From a phage, in assembly GCA_012813795.1 (NCBI GenBank), contig GCA_012813795.1_4087.1: a stretch of 64,000 nucleotides of DNA; one strand, given 5' to 3'. Positions within the stretch are counted from its first letter, which is position 1; each line of letters starts with the position of its first letter. Below the pieces are notes generated by a model that saw only the letters and a program-made list of their open reading frames with translations, made no database searches and had not been told where the DNA came from. The position numbers and the translations under genes were made by a program. This document shows, one piece after another, positions 1 through 9,233 of the stretch.

Positions 1-172
1 ATATAACGTTGTGTCTTTGTTGTATTGAACTTTGTCAGGTCATTTAACAGTAAAGAGAGTACATGGGCTACATCGCGACCCCTAACATACATCGTGCGTT
101 CACTCATGACCTTTTCATAGCCACGAATGTTATCAAATTCAGATATACCCACGTATTCAATCACGTATCTGT

Positions 173-679
173 TCATTTATCATCCACTTGTATGTCAAAG
201 GCTTTACAGAAATTATCTACTCTTTTACCAGGAACTGACATGTATATGTTATATGGCAATTCACATACCTTATTGGAAATTGCCAGTACTTTAGGAATAT
301 CAGGATCGTGTAGTTCAAAGTTGTATAGCAATGAACTTTGGAATACACCCTCTTCAGTACTGTAATCTACAATGAACAGTTCGTGTGATGATGGTATATC
401 ATATTCTACAATGTTTTTGTGATTCGGTCTATTATGAAAGTGAATTTCATATGTATCACGCACCGTTGGTTTAGATAGATAAACCGCAGATTCAAAAAGA
501 TCACCAATACCGAATGTAACATCACACAGCTTATCACCGTTTGTATCATACAAATAGAACATTGTACTATCAAATACTTTATCAGATACAATATTCATAG
601 TATTGTACGTACCATTGTAGCTCTCATTGAAGTTGATAAACTCTATGAACTTTACAAACTTATCAGTACTAAGATTCAC
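173..679 (-). CDS. EE-x-FQ family paralog (C-terminal STEEGVFQSSL...D motif)
   Basis: 168-aa ORF; C-terminal motif shared with ~20 other small proteins in this window. Confidence 0.6.
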   Translation of the reverse strand: MNLSTDKFVKFIEFINFNESYNGTYNTMNIVSDKVFDSTMFYLYDTNGDKLCDVTFGIGDLFESAVYLSKPTVRDTYEIHFHNRPNHKNIVEYDIPSSHELFIVDYSTEEGVFQSSLLYNFELHDPDIPKVLAISNKVCELPYNIYMSVPGKRVDNFCKAFDIQVDDK

Positions 680-879
680 TACTTCACCTCAATGACCTTA
701 AGGTTAACAAAGTCACCTTTGACCTTCATACATTTGTATTCGGTACGAGTTTCTTCACCAGCATCACGAGGCCAGTGTGTCGCAGAATAACACTGCTCAG
801 GTGTTTTATATACACCGTCACCGAATGTATGTGTGATTTCACCATTTGTTAGTACTACGGCTAGATATAAAGTAAACAT
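679..879 (-). CDS. hypothetical protein
   Basis: 66-aa ORF in the minus-strand gene chain; abuts the upstream gene. Confidence 0.45.
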   Translation of the reverse strand: MFTLYLAVVLTNGEITHTFGDGVYKTPEQCYSATHWPRDAGEETRTEYKCMKVKGDFVNLKVIEVK

Positions 880-888
880 GTGTATTCC

Positions 889-1203
889 TCAAAAAAACTT
901 ATTAATGATAACTGCAAACAGTCCCAGTACTGCAATAATTACAGATACCCACATTACCGCATTCACTGTACCAGTTAGTTCTTTATCAAACTCCCTGCAC
1001 TTCTTGCGGTACTCTTCCCATTCTTTGTTGTTCACCTTATGCTCCCAATAAATCAGTTGCTTTCTTGAGAACAACGTCAATTGTTTCCAGTACTGCACCT
1101 TTGTGTTCAATTGATACAATATTATTATAAGTATCAAGGTCCAAGTATTCCATGTATTCAGTTTTGAATACACGAACATCAGTACTAGTGATTTTAAGAT
1201 CAC
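889..1203 (-). CDS. hypothetical tail-anchored membrane protein; N-terminus probably shorter
   Basis: C-terminal hydrophobic helix (VMWVSVIIAVLGLFAVIINKFF); non-ATG (GTG) start; overlaps 1037..1246 in another frame, so true start is probably the internal GTG near 1051. Confidence 0.3.
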   Translation of the reverse strand: MILKSLVLMFVYSKLNTWNTWTLILIIILYQLNTKVQYWKQLTLFSRKQLIYWEHKVNNKEWEEYRKKCREFDKELTGTVNAVMWVSVIIAVLGLFAVIINKFF

Positions 1204-1246
1204 AACCTTTATTCCAGATAACCTGCATCATTTCATTGGTAGTCAT
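1037..1246 (-). CDS. hypothetical protein
   Basis: 69-aa ORF; ATG overlaps the upstream stop (ATGA coupling). Confidence 0.5.
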   Translation of the reverse strand: MTTNEMMQVIWNKGCDLKITSTDVRVFKTEYMEYLDLDTYNNIVSIEHKGAVLETIDVVLKKATDLLGA

Positions 1247-1521
1247 TATTCAACCTTATCATAAACAAGTTTGTGAGTGCTTATTACTTTGTTGAGTTGC
1301 CCAGGACATTCATATACGTATAATCTCTCCTGACGTTTTTCCCAACCACCACAAATACGTCCTGCTTGTGTACATATTTCATATTCGTTAATAAAAGACT
1401 TACCTGTGAATGTACAATCATAACGAACTAAGTCTTTTGCACTAAACCTGCCGTAATCATTACATGCTGTAAGAAACATTGTACAGAATACAACAAACAC
1501 AGTCAATAGTTTTTTAATCAT
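1246..1521 (-). CDS. putative lipoprotein
   Basis: N-terminal signal peptide with lipobox (FLTAC); Cys-rich mature part. Confidence 0.55.
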   Translation of the reverse strand: MIKKLLTVFVVFCTMFLTACNDYGRFSAKDLVRYDCTFTGKSFINEYEICTQAGRICGGWEKRQERLYVYECPGQLNKVISTHKLVYDKVE

Positions 1522-1886
1522 TTAAGATCTCCCCAACGGCAACCCTTCATATGATTCAAATTCACCTCAACTATTTCATGTGTGTCAGTGCACAATATCG
1601 ACAGTTTTTTTGTAAAATCACCTGGTGAACTTTCATATTTCACACAATAGCCCTCGATACGGAGAACCGAGTGGGTCCATGATTCCCACTCAATCCAAAT
1701 TTCATTTGGGTGATATACAATATCTTCGTTTAACTTGTGATATTCATCCAGTGGAAGCTGTGTAGTGATATCAATATATTTTACATTTCGACTGAGTTTT
1801 TCAAGCTGATATCGTGTATTAGCTAGATATTCTTCGTCATTCAAACGTTTTAAGATATTTGCCGAACGAGTAGTATCAAGACTCAT
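1518..1886 (-). CDS. hypothetical protein
   Basis: 122-aa ORF with overlapping stop/start. Confidence 0.55.
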   Translation of the reverse strand: MSLDTTRSANILKRLNDEEYLANTRYQLEKLSRNVKYIDITTQLPLDEYHKLNEDIVYHPNEIWIEWESWTHSVLRIEGYCVKYESSPGDFTKKLSILCTDTHEIVEVNLNHMKGCRWGDLK

Positions 1887-1888
1887 TG

Positions 1889-2134
1889 TTATTCTCCATG
1901 AACCACAGATGTATCCACGCGAACTTTACCACTCATATAAGACGTAGTAGTGTTTGCATTAGGACAGTACACAGTGTACAAAGATGCACCAGCACCGTCT
2001 TGTTGCATACGATAAATCTTACACCCTGCTTCTTTGAGTTCAGTTGGTAAAACAAACTCACTAGTTCGTTCTTTGGTTGAAGCATCACATGCAGTGAGTA
2101 GGAAAGCAATTAGTACTGCTACAATATATTTCAT
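1889..2134 (-). CDS. putative lipoprotein
   Basis: Signal peptide + lipobox (LLTAC). Confidence 0.55.
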   Translation of the reverse strand: MKYIVAVLIAFLLTACDASTKERTSEFVLPTELKEAGCKIYRMQQDGAGASLYTVYCPNANTTTSYMSGKVRVDTSVVHGE

Positions 2135-2442
2135 TAACGAACCTCCACTTCTTGAGAAAGAGCATGAGTCAGTGCATTTGAATTCGAACCATTCATTTCA
2201 CGCTGACATACAAACATAATGGCATCTTGTACTGAACCTGCGATTTCATACTCACGACCTTCTGGATCAGTTACCAGATGTTCAACGATACAACCACCAC
2301 GCAGTACAGAAGCACCAGTACTTACACTAATCCTGTAACCTAAAAAATCAAACTGCATACATGCGTCAGTAGGTTTCATCCAATAACCGCTGTTTTGATT
2401 CAAATCGATGATTACAAAACCTTGAGTGTTAGTTTGAAACAT
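2134..2442 (-). CDS. hypothetical protein
   Basis: 102-aa ORF; N-terminal MFQTNT resembles the start of 3011..3211; consensus promoter just upstream. Confidence 0.55.
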   Translation of the reverse strand: MFQTNTQGFVIIDLNQNSGYWMKPTDACMQFDFLGYRISVSTGASVLRGGCIVEHLVTDPEGREYEIAGSVQDAIMFVCQREMNGSNSNALTHALSQEVEVR

Positions 2443-2535
2443 AGTTAATTCCTCATTTAATTTAAAAGGGTGGAAACGCAGTGACGAGTACGATTATGCT
2501 GTCTTTCCTTTCACTGCATTCCCTTTGATATAAAC

Positions 2536-2564
2536 ATTATACTGCTATTATTCAGTACTGTCAA
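2536..2564 (-). promoter_or_regulatory. sigma70-like early promoter (-35 TTGACA, 17 nt, -10 TATAAT)
   Basis: plus-strand attata 2536-2541 and tgtcaa 2559-2564 (read on minus); palindrome CAGTACTG in spacer. Confidence 0.55.
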
Positions 2565-2839
2565 TCGATATAAGTACCTTTTTTAACATCACAGACTTCT
2601 TCCATCCAATGTGGATTTTCGTTTTTATCAGTGAAGATTTGTTCTGCTTCTTCTTTTGTTTCAGCTAGGACGATACGGTCCCCATCATCCAAAACACGGA
2701 TACGATAAACTTTCAGTTCTTGTTTCTGCTCAAGGATATTACACAGTTCACGTGCTTTTTCTTCATCGCACTCCCCTTCATTAGCATAAAACCAGATTGC
2801 TTTTTTAATAAGGTCACGTTCTTCTTTGGTAAAAGACAT
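2561..2839 (-). CDS. hypothetical acidic protein
   Basis: 92-aa ORF; SD AGGAAAT upstream. Confidence 0.55.
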   Translation of the reverse strand: MSFTKEERDLIKKAIWFYANEGECDEEKARELCNILEQKQELKVYRIRVLDDGDRIVLAETKEEAEQIFTDKNENPHWMEEVCDVKKGTYID

Positions 2840-2884
2840 AATATTTCCTATTATTTGTTAAAGTGGGTGTCGTTTGATATAAAC

Positions 2885-2912
2885 ATTATACAGTACTGAT
2901 ATCTTCTGTCAA
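2885..2912 (-). promoter_or_regulatory. sigma70-like early promoter (TTGACA, 16 nt with CAGTACTG, TATAAT)
   Basis: attata 2885-2890, tgtcaa 2907-2912 on plus = consensus boxes on minus. Confidence 0.6.
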
Positions 2913-3010
2913 GTATTAATCACCAAAAATCATCATATACCCAAACCAACAAACACAGATGACTAAAACTAACAATACCAACGATAATCTCTAAAGTCAC
3001 GTTTGCATCC

Positions 3011-3211
3011 TTAATCAATGATTTTATATTCACGATGACCATAGAAGCCAGCCTCAAGGATGTGATTACCATCAGCATCTTCCAAGTCCCAGCCACGGGA
3101 TGTTTCGGCAATAATAGTCATGATGTGACCTTTAGTGAAGGTTCCACTCATAGTAGATACGTCTTCAAGTAATTGAACCTGCTTACCAACATTTGTATTC
3201 GATTGAAACAT
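3011..3211 (-). CDS. hypothetical protein
   Basis: 66-aa ORF, MFQSNT N-terminus paralogous to 2134..2442; competing ORF 2920..3111 overlaps. Confidence 0.45.
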   Translation of the reverse strand: MFQSNTNVGKQVQLLEDVSTMSGTFTKGHIMTIIAETSRGWDLEDADGNHILEAGFYGHREYKIID

Positions 3212-3303
3212 TTATTTTTCCTTTAAGGTTGGATATATGCCAGTGCACCAATACCGATAACAACTACAGTGAATACAACCAGAAATATATTAAGTTTCAT
3301 CAT

Positions 3304-3471
3304 TGTTTAATCACCTCGATTACTTTATCGATCTTAGTTCCAATACTTTCAGTACTTTCAGTTTTAGATGTACAGTAATCTGGACGGGTGTCAGGAAACT
3401 TCTCAGTTACCCATGAATGTCCATAGATGCCTAAACCGATACCAACGATTAAGATAATGATTTGCATGATA
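3304..3471 (-). CDS. small membrane protein (55 aa)
   Basis: MQIIILIVGIGLGIY...; not in ORF track (<60 aa); stop overlaps next ATG. Confidence 0.35.
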
Positions 3472-3481
3472 GTTCCTCTAA

Positions 3482-4294
3482 TTAAATTACATAGGGTTTA
3501 TAGTAATGAATCTCATTTGCTATTGCAGTGAAAACTTTCTTATTAAATCTTTCACCATAATCACGAAGTGATTCACCTTCTACGCTTTCAATAAAGTAAT
3601 TATATACTGGTAGTCGTGCACTGTCAATACCTATAAACGATTTCATGTAAATTTGTACTAAACGATTCATACCTGAATTTAAACATTCAACATCAAAGTG
3701 CTTGATACCTTTGTCTAAGTGCTTGAATGCATTGATGATACCACGCTTGAAATCACGCTCCATAGTACTGAATAGATTCTCAGGAAACACTGTAATCGGA
3801 GACATGGATTTAAGAATGTATGTATCTTTTGCATTCTTGATGTACTCAATGAAGCAGTAGTTTACATTAGGCTCAATTGAACGGTCTGCATTATGATACC
3901 AGTACTTAAACTCGCTGTACTCTGCGAACTTATGCTGGCGTAAGGCATTACAATCCTCACACAGTGCAGTCATGTTCTCTTTATCATTACCACCCTGAAG
4001 ACAGTCAAGTACATTATGGTCTAACGTCATGCGTACAAGGCGTTTCCCTTTAAGTACATAAGGTCTGAATTTATAACGGTCTTTAGTACTGTGCTTATGT
4101 AAAGTGAATACTACATTGGATTCACCACAACAATCACATTTAAAGCCGTCACGAGACATTACATGAATGAGTTTGCGAGTATTAGGTCCAAACTCAGATT
4201 TAGTAATATTATCCACAATTTCTGATGGTTGGTAATATTTTGAATTCAGTCGAATCAATTCATCGATAGTACTCATTTTAGATTTCCTCTTCAC
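3482..4294 (-). CDS. HNH-family homing endonuclease-like protein
   Basis: CDCCG...TLDHNV...N...CEDCN HNH/zinc motif. Confidence 0.65.
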   Translation of the reverse strand: MKRKSKMSTIDELIRLNSKYYQPSEIVDNITKSEFGPNTRKLIHVMSRDGFKCDCCGESNVVFTLHKHSTKDRYKFRPYVLKGKRLVRMTLDHNVLDCLQGGNDKENMTALCEDCNALRQHKFAEYSEFKYWYHNADRSIEPNVNYCFIEYIKNAKDTYILKSMSPITVFPENLFSTMERDFKRGIINAFKHLDKGIKHFDVECLNSGMNRLVQIYMKSFIGIDSARLPVYNYFIESVEGESLRDYGERFNKKVFTAIANEIHYYKPYVI

Positions 4295-4502
4295 TGCATT
4301 CGGTGATTACTTTTTTAACCTCTATAACTCTTACTAAATGATACCCGCACCTATGGTTGAAATTAAACATGTTTACTAATGCATCAGCTTCTGTTTTTGC
4401 CCTAAATTGGAGATTATATATGTGCATAGTTTCATCGAGTGAGGCTTCACCTTTGCTATTGAAAACAATTTTACAAACTTCAAACCTTACTCGATAAATC
4501 AT
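4278..4502 (-). CDS. hypothetical protein
   Basis: 74-aa ORF. Confidence 0.45.
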   Translation of the reverse strand: MIYRVRFEVCKIVFNSKGEASLDETMHIYNLQFRAKTEADALVNMFNFNHRCGYHLVRVIEVKKVITECSEEEI

Positions 4503-4708
4503 TGAGTTTGTCCTACAATAAATTTCGCTTTAATATCACTTTTGTAACACCACATTTGTTCTTCACTAACTGTCATCCAAGAATTTTTGTTTACTTGTTC
4601 GTATGTACTATCACGTACAGAAAAACATTGGTTTAATGAATTCATAGGGGTAATTTGTACACCGGATTGCATTGAAAGAGCAACAATTAAAAAGATTGTA
4701 GTATTCAT
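4499..4708 (-). CDS. hypothetical secreted protein
   Basis: N-terminal signal-peptide-like segment. Confidence 0.45.
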   Translation of the reverse strand: MNTTIFLIVALSMQSGVQITPMNSLNQCFSVRDSTYEQVNKNSWMTVSEEQMWCYKSDIKAKFIVGQTQ

Positions 4709-4789
4709 TGAATGTTCCTTAATAGTTAGTCATCCATCTCTTCGAGATGTCTGTTCGCTTCTAATACTACGTATTCTACGCGAATGATT

Positions 4790-5320
4790 AATAACTGTCA
4801 AGGACTTTTAATATTGACGGGATTTGAGGAAGGGATTTTTCTTCCCCCCGCTGGGAGGGGAATTTGACGCTGATGGTATCAGAGCTATTGCATTGAAGAT
4901 TACTCTTAATGAGTACGAAAGCGGGTCATCCTGTTTCTCTCTACTTCAGTTTCATATGACGGTCTACACTTTTAAACATAGTGTATCTTCATTAAGTATC
5001 TATGCAATCAAATACTTAATGTGAGTACTCAAATTTTGGACGCAACTTTCCTGTACAAAATTTGATAACTCTCCCTTAGATAATTCGTAAGGTGTTATCC
5101 TTATATGTCTATCTAGGAACCACCAGCCATCCTAACGTGGTTCTTTATAGTGCCGCATTGCCGTGAGGGGTTCATAATATGCCCACATCTGACGGGTTTC
5201 TTCTGCACTTCGCACTGCTGGACTGCTCAACTGCCCTCTACATTTTCGAGTGGATCAGGTTCATGTCATCCATGCCAACAGAATTGTACAATATCATTGT
5301 ATCATGAACATCCATTTTGT
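4790..5320. ncRNA. GC-rich, ORF-poor, hairpin-rich block; candidate structured RNA or cis element
   Basis: Local GC clearly above flanks; multiple stem-loops (4826-4870, 5117-5144); no convincing ORF on either strand; closed by a bidirectional terminator. Confidence 0.3.
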
Positions 5321-5323
5321 CCC

Positions 5324-5358
5324 ATAAAAAAAGGGCTGACCTAAGTCAACCCTTTTTC
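5324..5358. terminator. bidirectional intrinsic terminator
   Basis: A-run, hairpin agggctgacc-taa-gtcaaccct, T-run. Confidence 0.6.
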
Positions 5359-5359
5359 T

Positions 5360-6322
5360 TTAGAAATCTTCGTATTCGTACCCTTTTTCAAGTACTATTT
5401 TTTTAAGCTTTTGAATAGCTTCACTATATTTTCGGTGCACAGATGAACGGGACTTAACAATGTTTCCTTTATCATCAACATATCCATTATCAGAAATTTC
5501 ACGAAGGGTTTCTGCTTTGTAATCCCCAAGACCATGAACACGCATGATAATTTCTCGTTCTTTAGTACTCAATTCGTCAATGATTTCTGTGATTGCATAA
5601 CGTAATGGATTACAAATGCTATCAACATTAAGGTTATAATCACGAGCAGATGAACTCAGAATATCCCCAAGGGTTCCGTCTGAATCTGAACCCAGTTGTG
5701 CATCAAGAGTCGTATATGCATTCTGGTATAACAAACAGTTCTTAACGTGCTGAAGCTCGATACCAGTACTCTCAGAGATTAATTCTGGTGTTGGTCGCTT
5801 ACCGTGTTCACGTTGATATGATTCATTAAATCGACGTACTTGGATGTTATGAACGCTCATATAACGTGGTAAGTACACCATGTAATTTGCATCTGAACTT
5901 TCATTATACATAGTCATATAAACGGACGTTGTTGCATATGTAATGAATTTGACATTCTTACTAAGATCAAAGGTTTTAAGTGCTCGCATAAAACCTTCTA
6001 CGCCATATGCAATTTTATCTTCAAACGGAATATAACATGTACACTTTGAAGCAACGTCAACAATCATACCATAGTTGTAACGAAGTAATAGGTCAGTATT
6101 CTTTTTTACATTAATCCCAGCACGAATCTCTTCTATGATAGATTCATTAGTTACACCTGCTGGACGTTTAATACTGATATTACTTTTACTACGAACTTTA
6201 TGTGGAATATCATCTTCAATAACTTCTGATGGTTCAATTGCTTCCAATGGATTGACTTCTTCATTCGCAAAACATTCATCCAGTACTTCTTCGGAAATTG
6301 CGTTTAAGTCTAGTTTCTTCAC
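5360..6322 (-). CDS. sigma-70 family RNA polymerase sigma factor
   Basis: Region 2-like (DLLLRYNYGMIVDVASK...) and region 4 HTH-like (ETLREISDNGYV...SRSSVHRKYSEAIQKLKK) segments; GTG start with AGGAG SD. Confidence 0.6.
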   Translation of the reverse strand: MKKLDLNAISEEVLDECFANEEVNPLEAIEPSEVIEDDIPHKVRSKSNISIKRPAGVTNESIIEEIRAGINVKKNTDLLLRYNYGMIVDVASKCTCYIPFEDKIAYGVEGFMRALKTFDLSKNVKFITYATTSVYMTMYNESSDANYMVYLPRYMSVHNIQVRRFNESYQREHGKRPTPELISESTGIELQHVKNCLLYQNAYTTLDAQLGSDSDGTLGDILSSSARDYNLNVDSICNPLRYAITEIIDELSTKEREIIMRVHGLGDYKAETLREISDNGYVDDKGNIVKSRSSVHRKYSEAIQKLKKIVLEKGYEYEDF

Positions 6323-6343
6323 TTACTTCTCCTAATGAAAAAA

Positions 6344-6841
6344 TCAAAATTGGTATACATTAATATTGTCGTCAGTATATTCATCGTGGTTTTTTACCTC
6401 TTTGAAAGTACTGAATATTTTTTGAAGTAGTGTGTCTTGGTTCTCATGCACAGCAGCATCAACCATGTACTCTCCACCACTTCCCATGAAGAATACATAT
6501 TCCTCATGCATGAACTCAAGGTACTTAAAAAACTTCCCGTTCTTTGTTCCTAAGTGAATACAATAATCTTTGGACAACAAGACACAATGGCAGTTCTCTT
6601 TTCTACTGGGCAGTACTATATCACCATATATCAAATACATCAAGACTTTATTGATTTCATTCACTGAACCTGCTGCACTAAACAGACGATCATGAATGTA
6701 TAATGATTTTTGAGTAACTACACCATATTGTTTTTTTGGTTTTAACGGGAATAATCCGAGAAAGTACCTCTCTGTAGAGGTTGTTACTCTTGAATCAGTG
6801 AGCAATAATCCAACACGCTTGTCAACATATACTGTAGTCAT
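6344..6841 (-). CDS. hypothetical protein
   Basis: 165-aa ORF. Confidence 0.55.
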   Translation of the reverse strand: MTTVYVDKRVGLLLTDSRVTTSTERYFLGLFPLKPKKQYGVVTQKSLYIHDRLFSAAGSVNEINKVLMYLIYGDIVLPSRKENCHCVLLSKDYCIHLGTKNGKFFKYLEFMHEEYVFFMGSGGEYMVDAAVHENQDTLLQKIFSTFKEVKNHDEYTDDNINVYQF

Positions 6842-6842
6842 T

Positions 6843-7268
6843 CTACACCTTATCTAAGAATGCGGAATATATATCAATTTCTCTTCCTTTCAATACCTTA
6901 TCAAATGGGAAGGGATCTTTACTTCCAGTTAATATACCAAGTTTTGTGAAAAAATACAAGGCAATGAATTCAGTTATTTTGATGTTTTTCTTACTCTTAA
7001 CCAATTCTGCATAAGCAGAATTATAATCAAATTTTGTAGATGAACCATCAAATCCAAAATAGTGAATGTTGTAATTTTTTGAAAAGTTACTAACTGTCAT
7101 TCTTTCACATATCAAATCAATGGCTACTTTGGACCTACAATGCTTATTGAGTAAATCATAATTACAATTATTCAATGCCTCGTATATATCAAAAGACTCT
7201 TGAGCCAGTGTATGTACTTTAGGCTTAATTAGTTTACTTAGTAAGTACCTTATCTTTTTCAGAATCAT
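6843..7268 (-). CDS. hypothetical protein
   Basis: 141-aa ORF. Confidence 0.55.
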   Translation of the reverse strand: MILKKIRYLLSKLIKPKVHTLAQESFDIYEALNNCNYDLLNKHCRSKVAIDLICERMTVSNFSKNYNIHYFGFDGSSTKFDYNSAYAELVKSKKNIKITEFIALYFFTKLGILTGSKDPFPFDKVLKGREIDIYSAFLDKV

Positions 7269-7701
7269 AATAGTACTGCATCTCCGAAAGTAACATTACC
7301 TTATCAATATCAGGGAATGAATCAATAAGTAATGCTTTGATTTCATCCTTTAGCTCTTTGGCTTTTACAGACCATCCTTTGTAATAAGCTTGGAGGATGG
7401 GATCTTTCTTATGCATAGTATCTAATGCATTAACAGCGTAATCCACATGAAATGCAAGTACACCACATAGTTCTTCAATGTACTTCATCTTCATGTTATG
7501 AATATCGCGTTTAGCAGCGTTTGCAAGCACTGTGAACGCAGAATGCATATCACTAAGAGTATGTACTTCAAGTTTATAAAGGTCTTCACAAATGGCTACA
7601 ACGCGTTTTTCTGCCTTGGCTTGCTTAGAGTCTGCTTGGAAAAACAATTCAGACGGTGGATAGACCTTAGTTTTTTCTACCCATTGAACTAATTTATTCA
7701 C
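7234..7701 (-). CDS. hypothetical protein
   Basis: 155-aa ORF. Confidence 0.55.
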   Translation of the reverse strand: MNKLVQWVEKTKVYPPSELFFQADSKQAKAEKRVVAICEDLYKLEVHTLSDMHSAFTVLANAAKRDIHNMKMKYIEELCGVLAFHVDYAVNALDTMHKKDPILQAYYKGWSVKAKELKDEIKALLIDSFPDIDKVMLLSEMQYYYDSEKDKVLTK

Positions 7702-7973
7702 AGTACACCCTCTTCAAAAGATTCAGAAATGATCAGAGCATCATCGTAGTCGTCAGCAACAGAACGTACTACATCTAAATTAGTTTTACCTTGAACACTC
7801 TTAACATCGTTCATGAGATAATTAAGATCTACTTTAGTAACTTTTTCAGAATCGAATACACAAAAAGTAAGTTCAGTATCAGGGCAAATGTTTTTAAGAT
7901 TATTAGAAATAACTTTTTTAAAATCAAAAGACGGAGAAGCAACCAGGTTTACTGCTACTAGAATAGAGTTCAT
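7698..7973 (-). CDS. hypothetical protein
   Basis: 91-aa ORF, ATGA overlap. Confidence 0.5.
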   Translation of the reverse strand: MNSILVAVNLVASPSFDFKKVISNNLKNICPDTELTFCVFDSEKVTKVDLNYLMNDVKSVQGKTNLDVVRSVADDYDDALIISESFEEGVL

Positions 7974-7999
7974 TGTGTTTTTCCTTTTTGGTTTTCAAT

Positions 8000-8025
8000 T
8001 AAAGTAGGAGTACATTGTACTCCTA
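8000..8025 (-). terminator. intrinsic terminator hairpin (ggagtacattgtactcc)
   Basis: Perfect stem downstream of 8047..8298; overlaps a promoter-like TTGACA at 8037-8042. Confidence 0.45.
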
Positions 8026-8046
8026 TATTTCAGTACTGTCAAGTAC

Positions 8047-8298
8047 TTAGATACCTAAAACTGCATTTAGTTCTTTGCGTTTGTTAAAAGAATCTGATTC
8101 AATCTTACTTTTCTTATTGAACATTGATTCGATATCTTTGTAGATACCTTCGATGCTTTTAGTAACTACCCATTCTGATTCTTGTAACATACCTTGAAGT
8201 CTAGCGTATTCAACCTTAATAGTGTCACGTAGTTCTTGACATTGGACTTCATTTTTCTGTAAAGCTTCAGTTAATGATTTCACCACATCGAGATTCAT
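8047..8298 (-). CDS. hypothetical coiled-coil protein
   Basis: 83 aa; strong SD AAGGAGGG. Confidence 0.5.
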   Translation of the reverse strand: MNLDVVKSLTEALQKNEVQCQELRDTIKVEYARLQGMLQESEWVVTKSIEGIYKDIESMFNKKSKIESDSFNKRKELNAVLGI

Positions 8299-8352
8299 AT
8301 GTGTCCCTCCTTTGTTTTGATAAAATAATTATATCCCTTAACACATTTTATG

Positions 8353-8778
8353 TCAAGATGTTTTTGTTCCTTCCCTTGCCTCTCGTTCAAGAAACTCTTG
8401 GATTATTGAATTTTGTCGTGAACGAACAACTATTGTCATTAACAAAAGTATTGATGATGCAACACCAGGAATGATCTCACCCATTTGAATGAAATAAACT
8501 GTCAGTAATGCAAATGGTACAATAGTTACTGAACTGATCGTTTTCCACCCAAAGTCATTCGCAAAGTTGTTTTTATCTTTCTCGTCATTATCCATTGCAA
8601 TTGTTAGTAACGTAATAAGAGCAGCCAAACCCGCACACAGGCAGTATCCAACAATAGCAATAGTAAACCACGCTGGATTAAGTACTGTACCAATCGAATA
8701 CTTTGTGCATAATACGTCAATTAGACATAAAATACCAAATGAAAAGGGAGCGAGTAATAGTTTATAGTATGTTCTCAT
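8353..8778 (-). CDS. integral membrane protein
   Basis: Several predicted TM helices. Confidence 0.55.
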   Translation of the reverse strand: MRTYYKLLLAPFSFGILCLIDVLCTKYSIGTVLNPAWFTIAIVGYCLCAGLAALITLLTIAMDNDEKDKNNFANDFGWKTISSVTIVPFALLTVYFIQMGEIIPGVASSILLLMTIVVRSRQNSIIQEFLEREAREGTKTS

Positions 8779-9233
8779 TATAAATCTACCTTTGTTGTTG
8801 GAATTGACTTCCTACGTATCTCTTCCGCAGTTTGCATGTCTTCGTACTCCTGTGCAAACTTGTTTTGAACCGTTCGCATACGTTCAAGGACAATAAACAA
8901 AATCATTGCCATGCCCATATATGAATAGTATTCATAGTTCAAAGCATAAATGATACATGGAATGAACGGGAGTGTTAGATACCACCCATAGTGTTTAAAT
9001 TCAAAAACTACTGCATAGAAACGTCTTGCATCGTCTTCATCACTAAAGATCATAAAAGCACTAGAAAAAAAGACACCAAGAAAAAATAAAAGTGAAAACA
9101 CTGAAACTACTGTTTGGTACTTGTTATCATCTGTGACTTGAAAGAAGTCCAGTACTGGTAATGAAAACCAAGACAAAATACCAAGAAGATAAATGTATTT
9201 TACGGATTTGATAGAAATCATTTTAAACCCCAT
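8778..9233 (-). CDS. integral membrane protein
   Basis: Several predicted TM helices; ATGA overlap. Confidence 0.55.
   Translation of the reverse strand: MGFKMISIKSVKYIYLLGILSWFSLPVLDFFQVTDDNKYQTVVSVFSLLFFLGVFFSSAFMIFSDEDDARRFYAVVFEFKHYGWYLTLPFIPCIIYALNYEYYSYMGMAMILFIVLERMRTVQNKFAQEYEDMQTAEEIRRKSIPTTKVDL

Noticed and set aside
2920-3111. ORF 2920..3111 as a separate gene
   Set aside because: Overlaps 3011..3211, which has the paralogous MFQSNT start. Only a possible 26-aa GTG-initiated TM peptide (2920..3000) would remain, too uncertain.
4824-5344. Plus-strand ORFs 4824..5024 and 5150..5344 (Cys-rich 64 aa) inside the GC-rich block
   Set aside because: No SD, opposite to all neighbouring genes, composition-driven open frames; region treated as non-coding.
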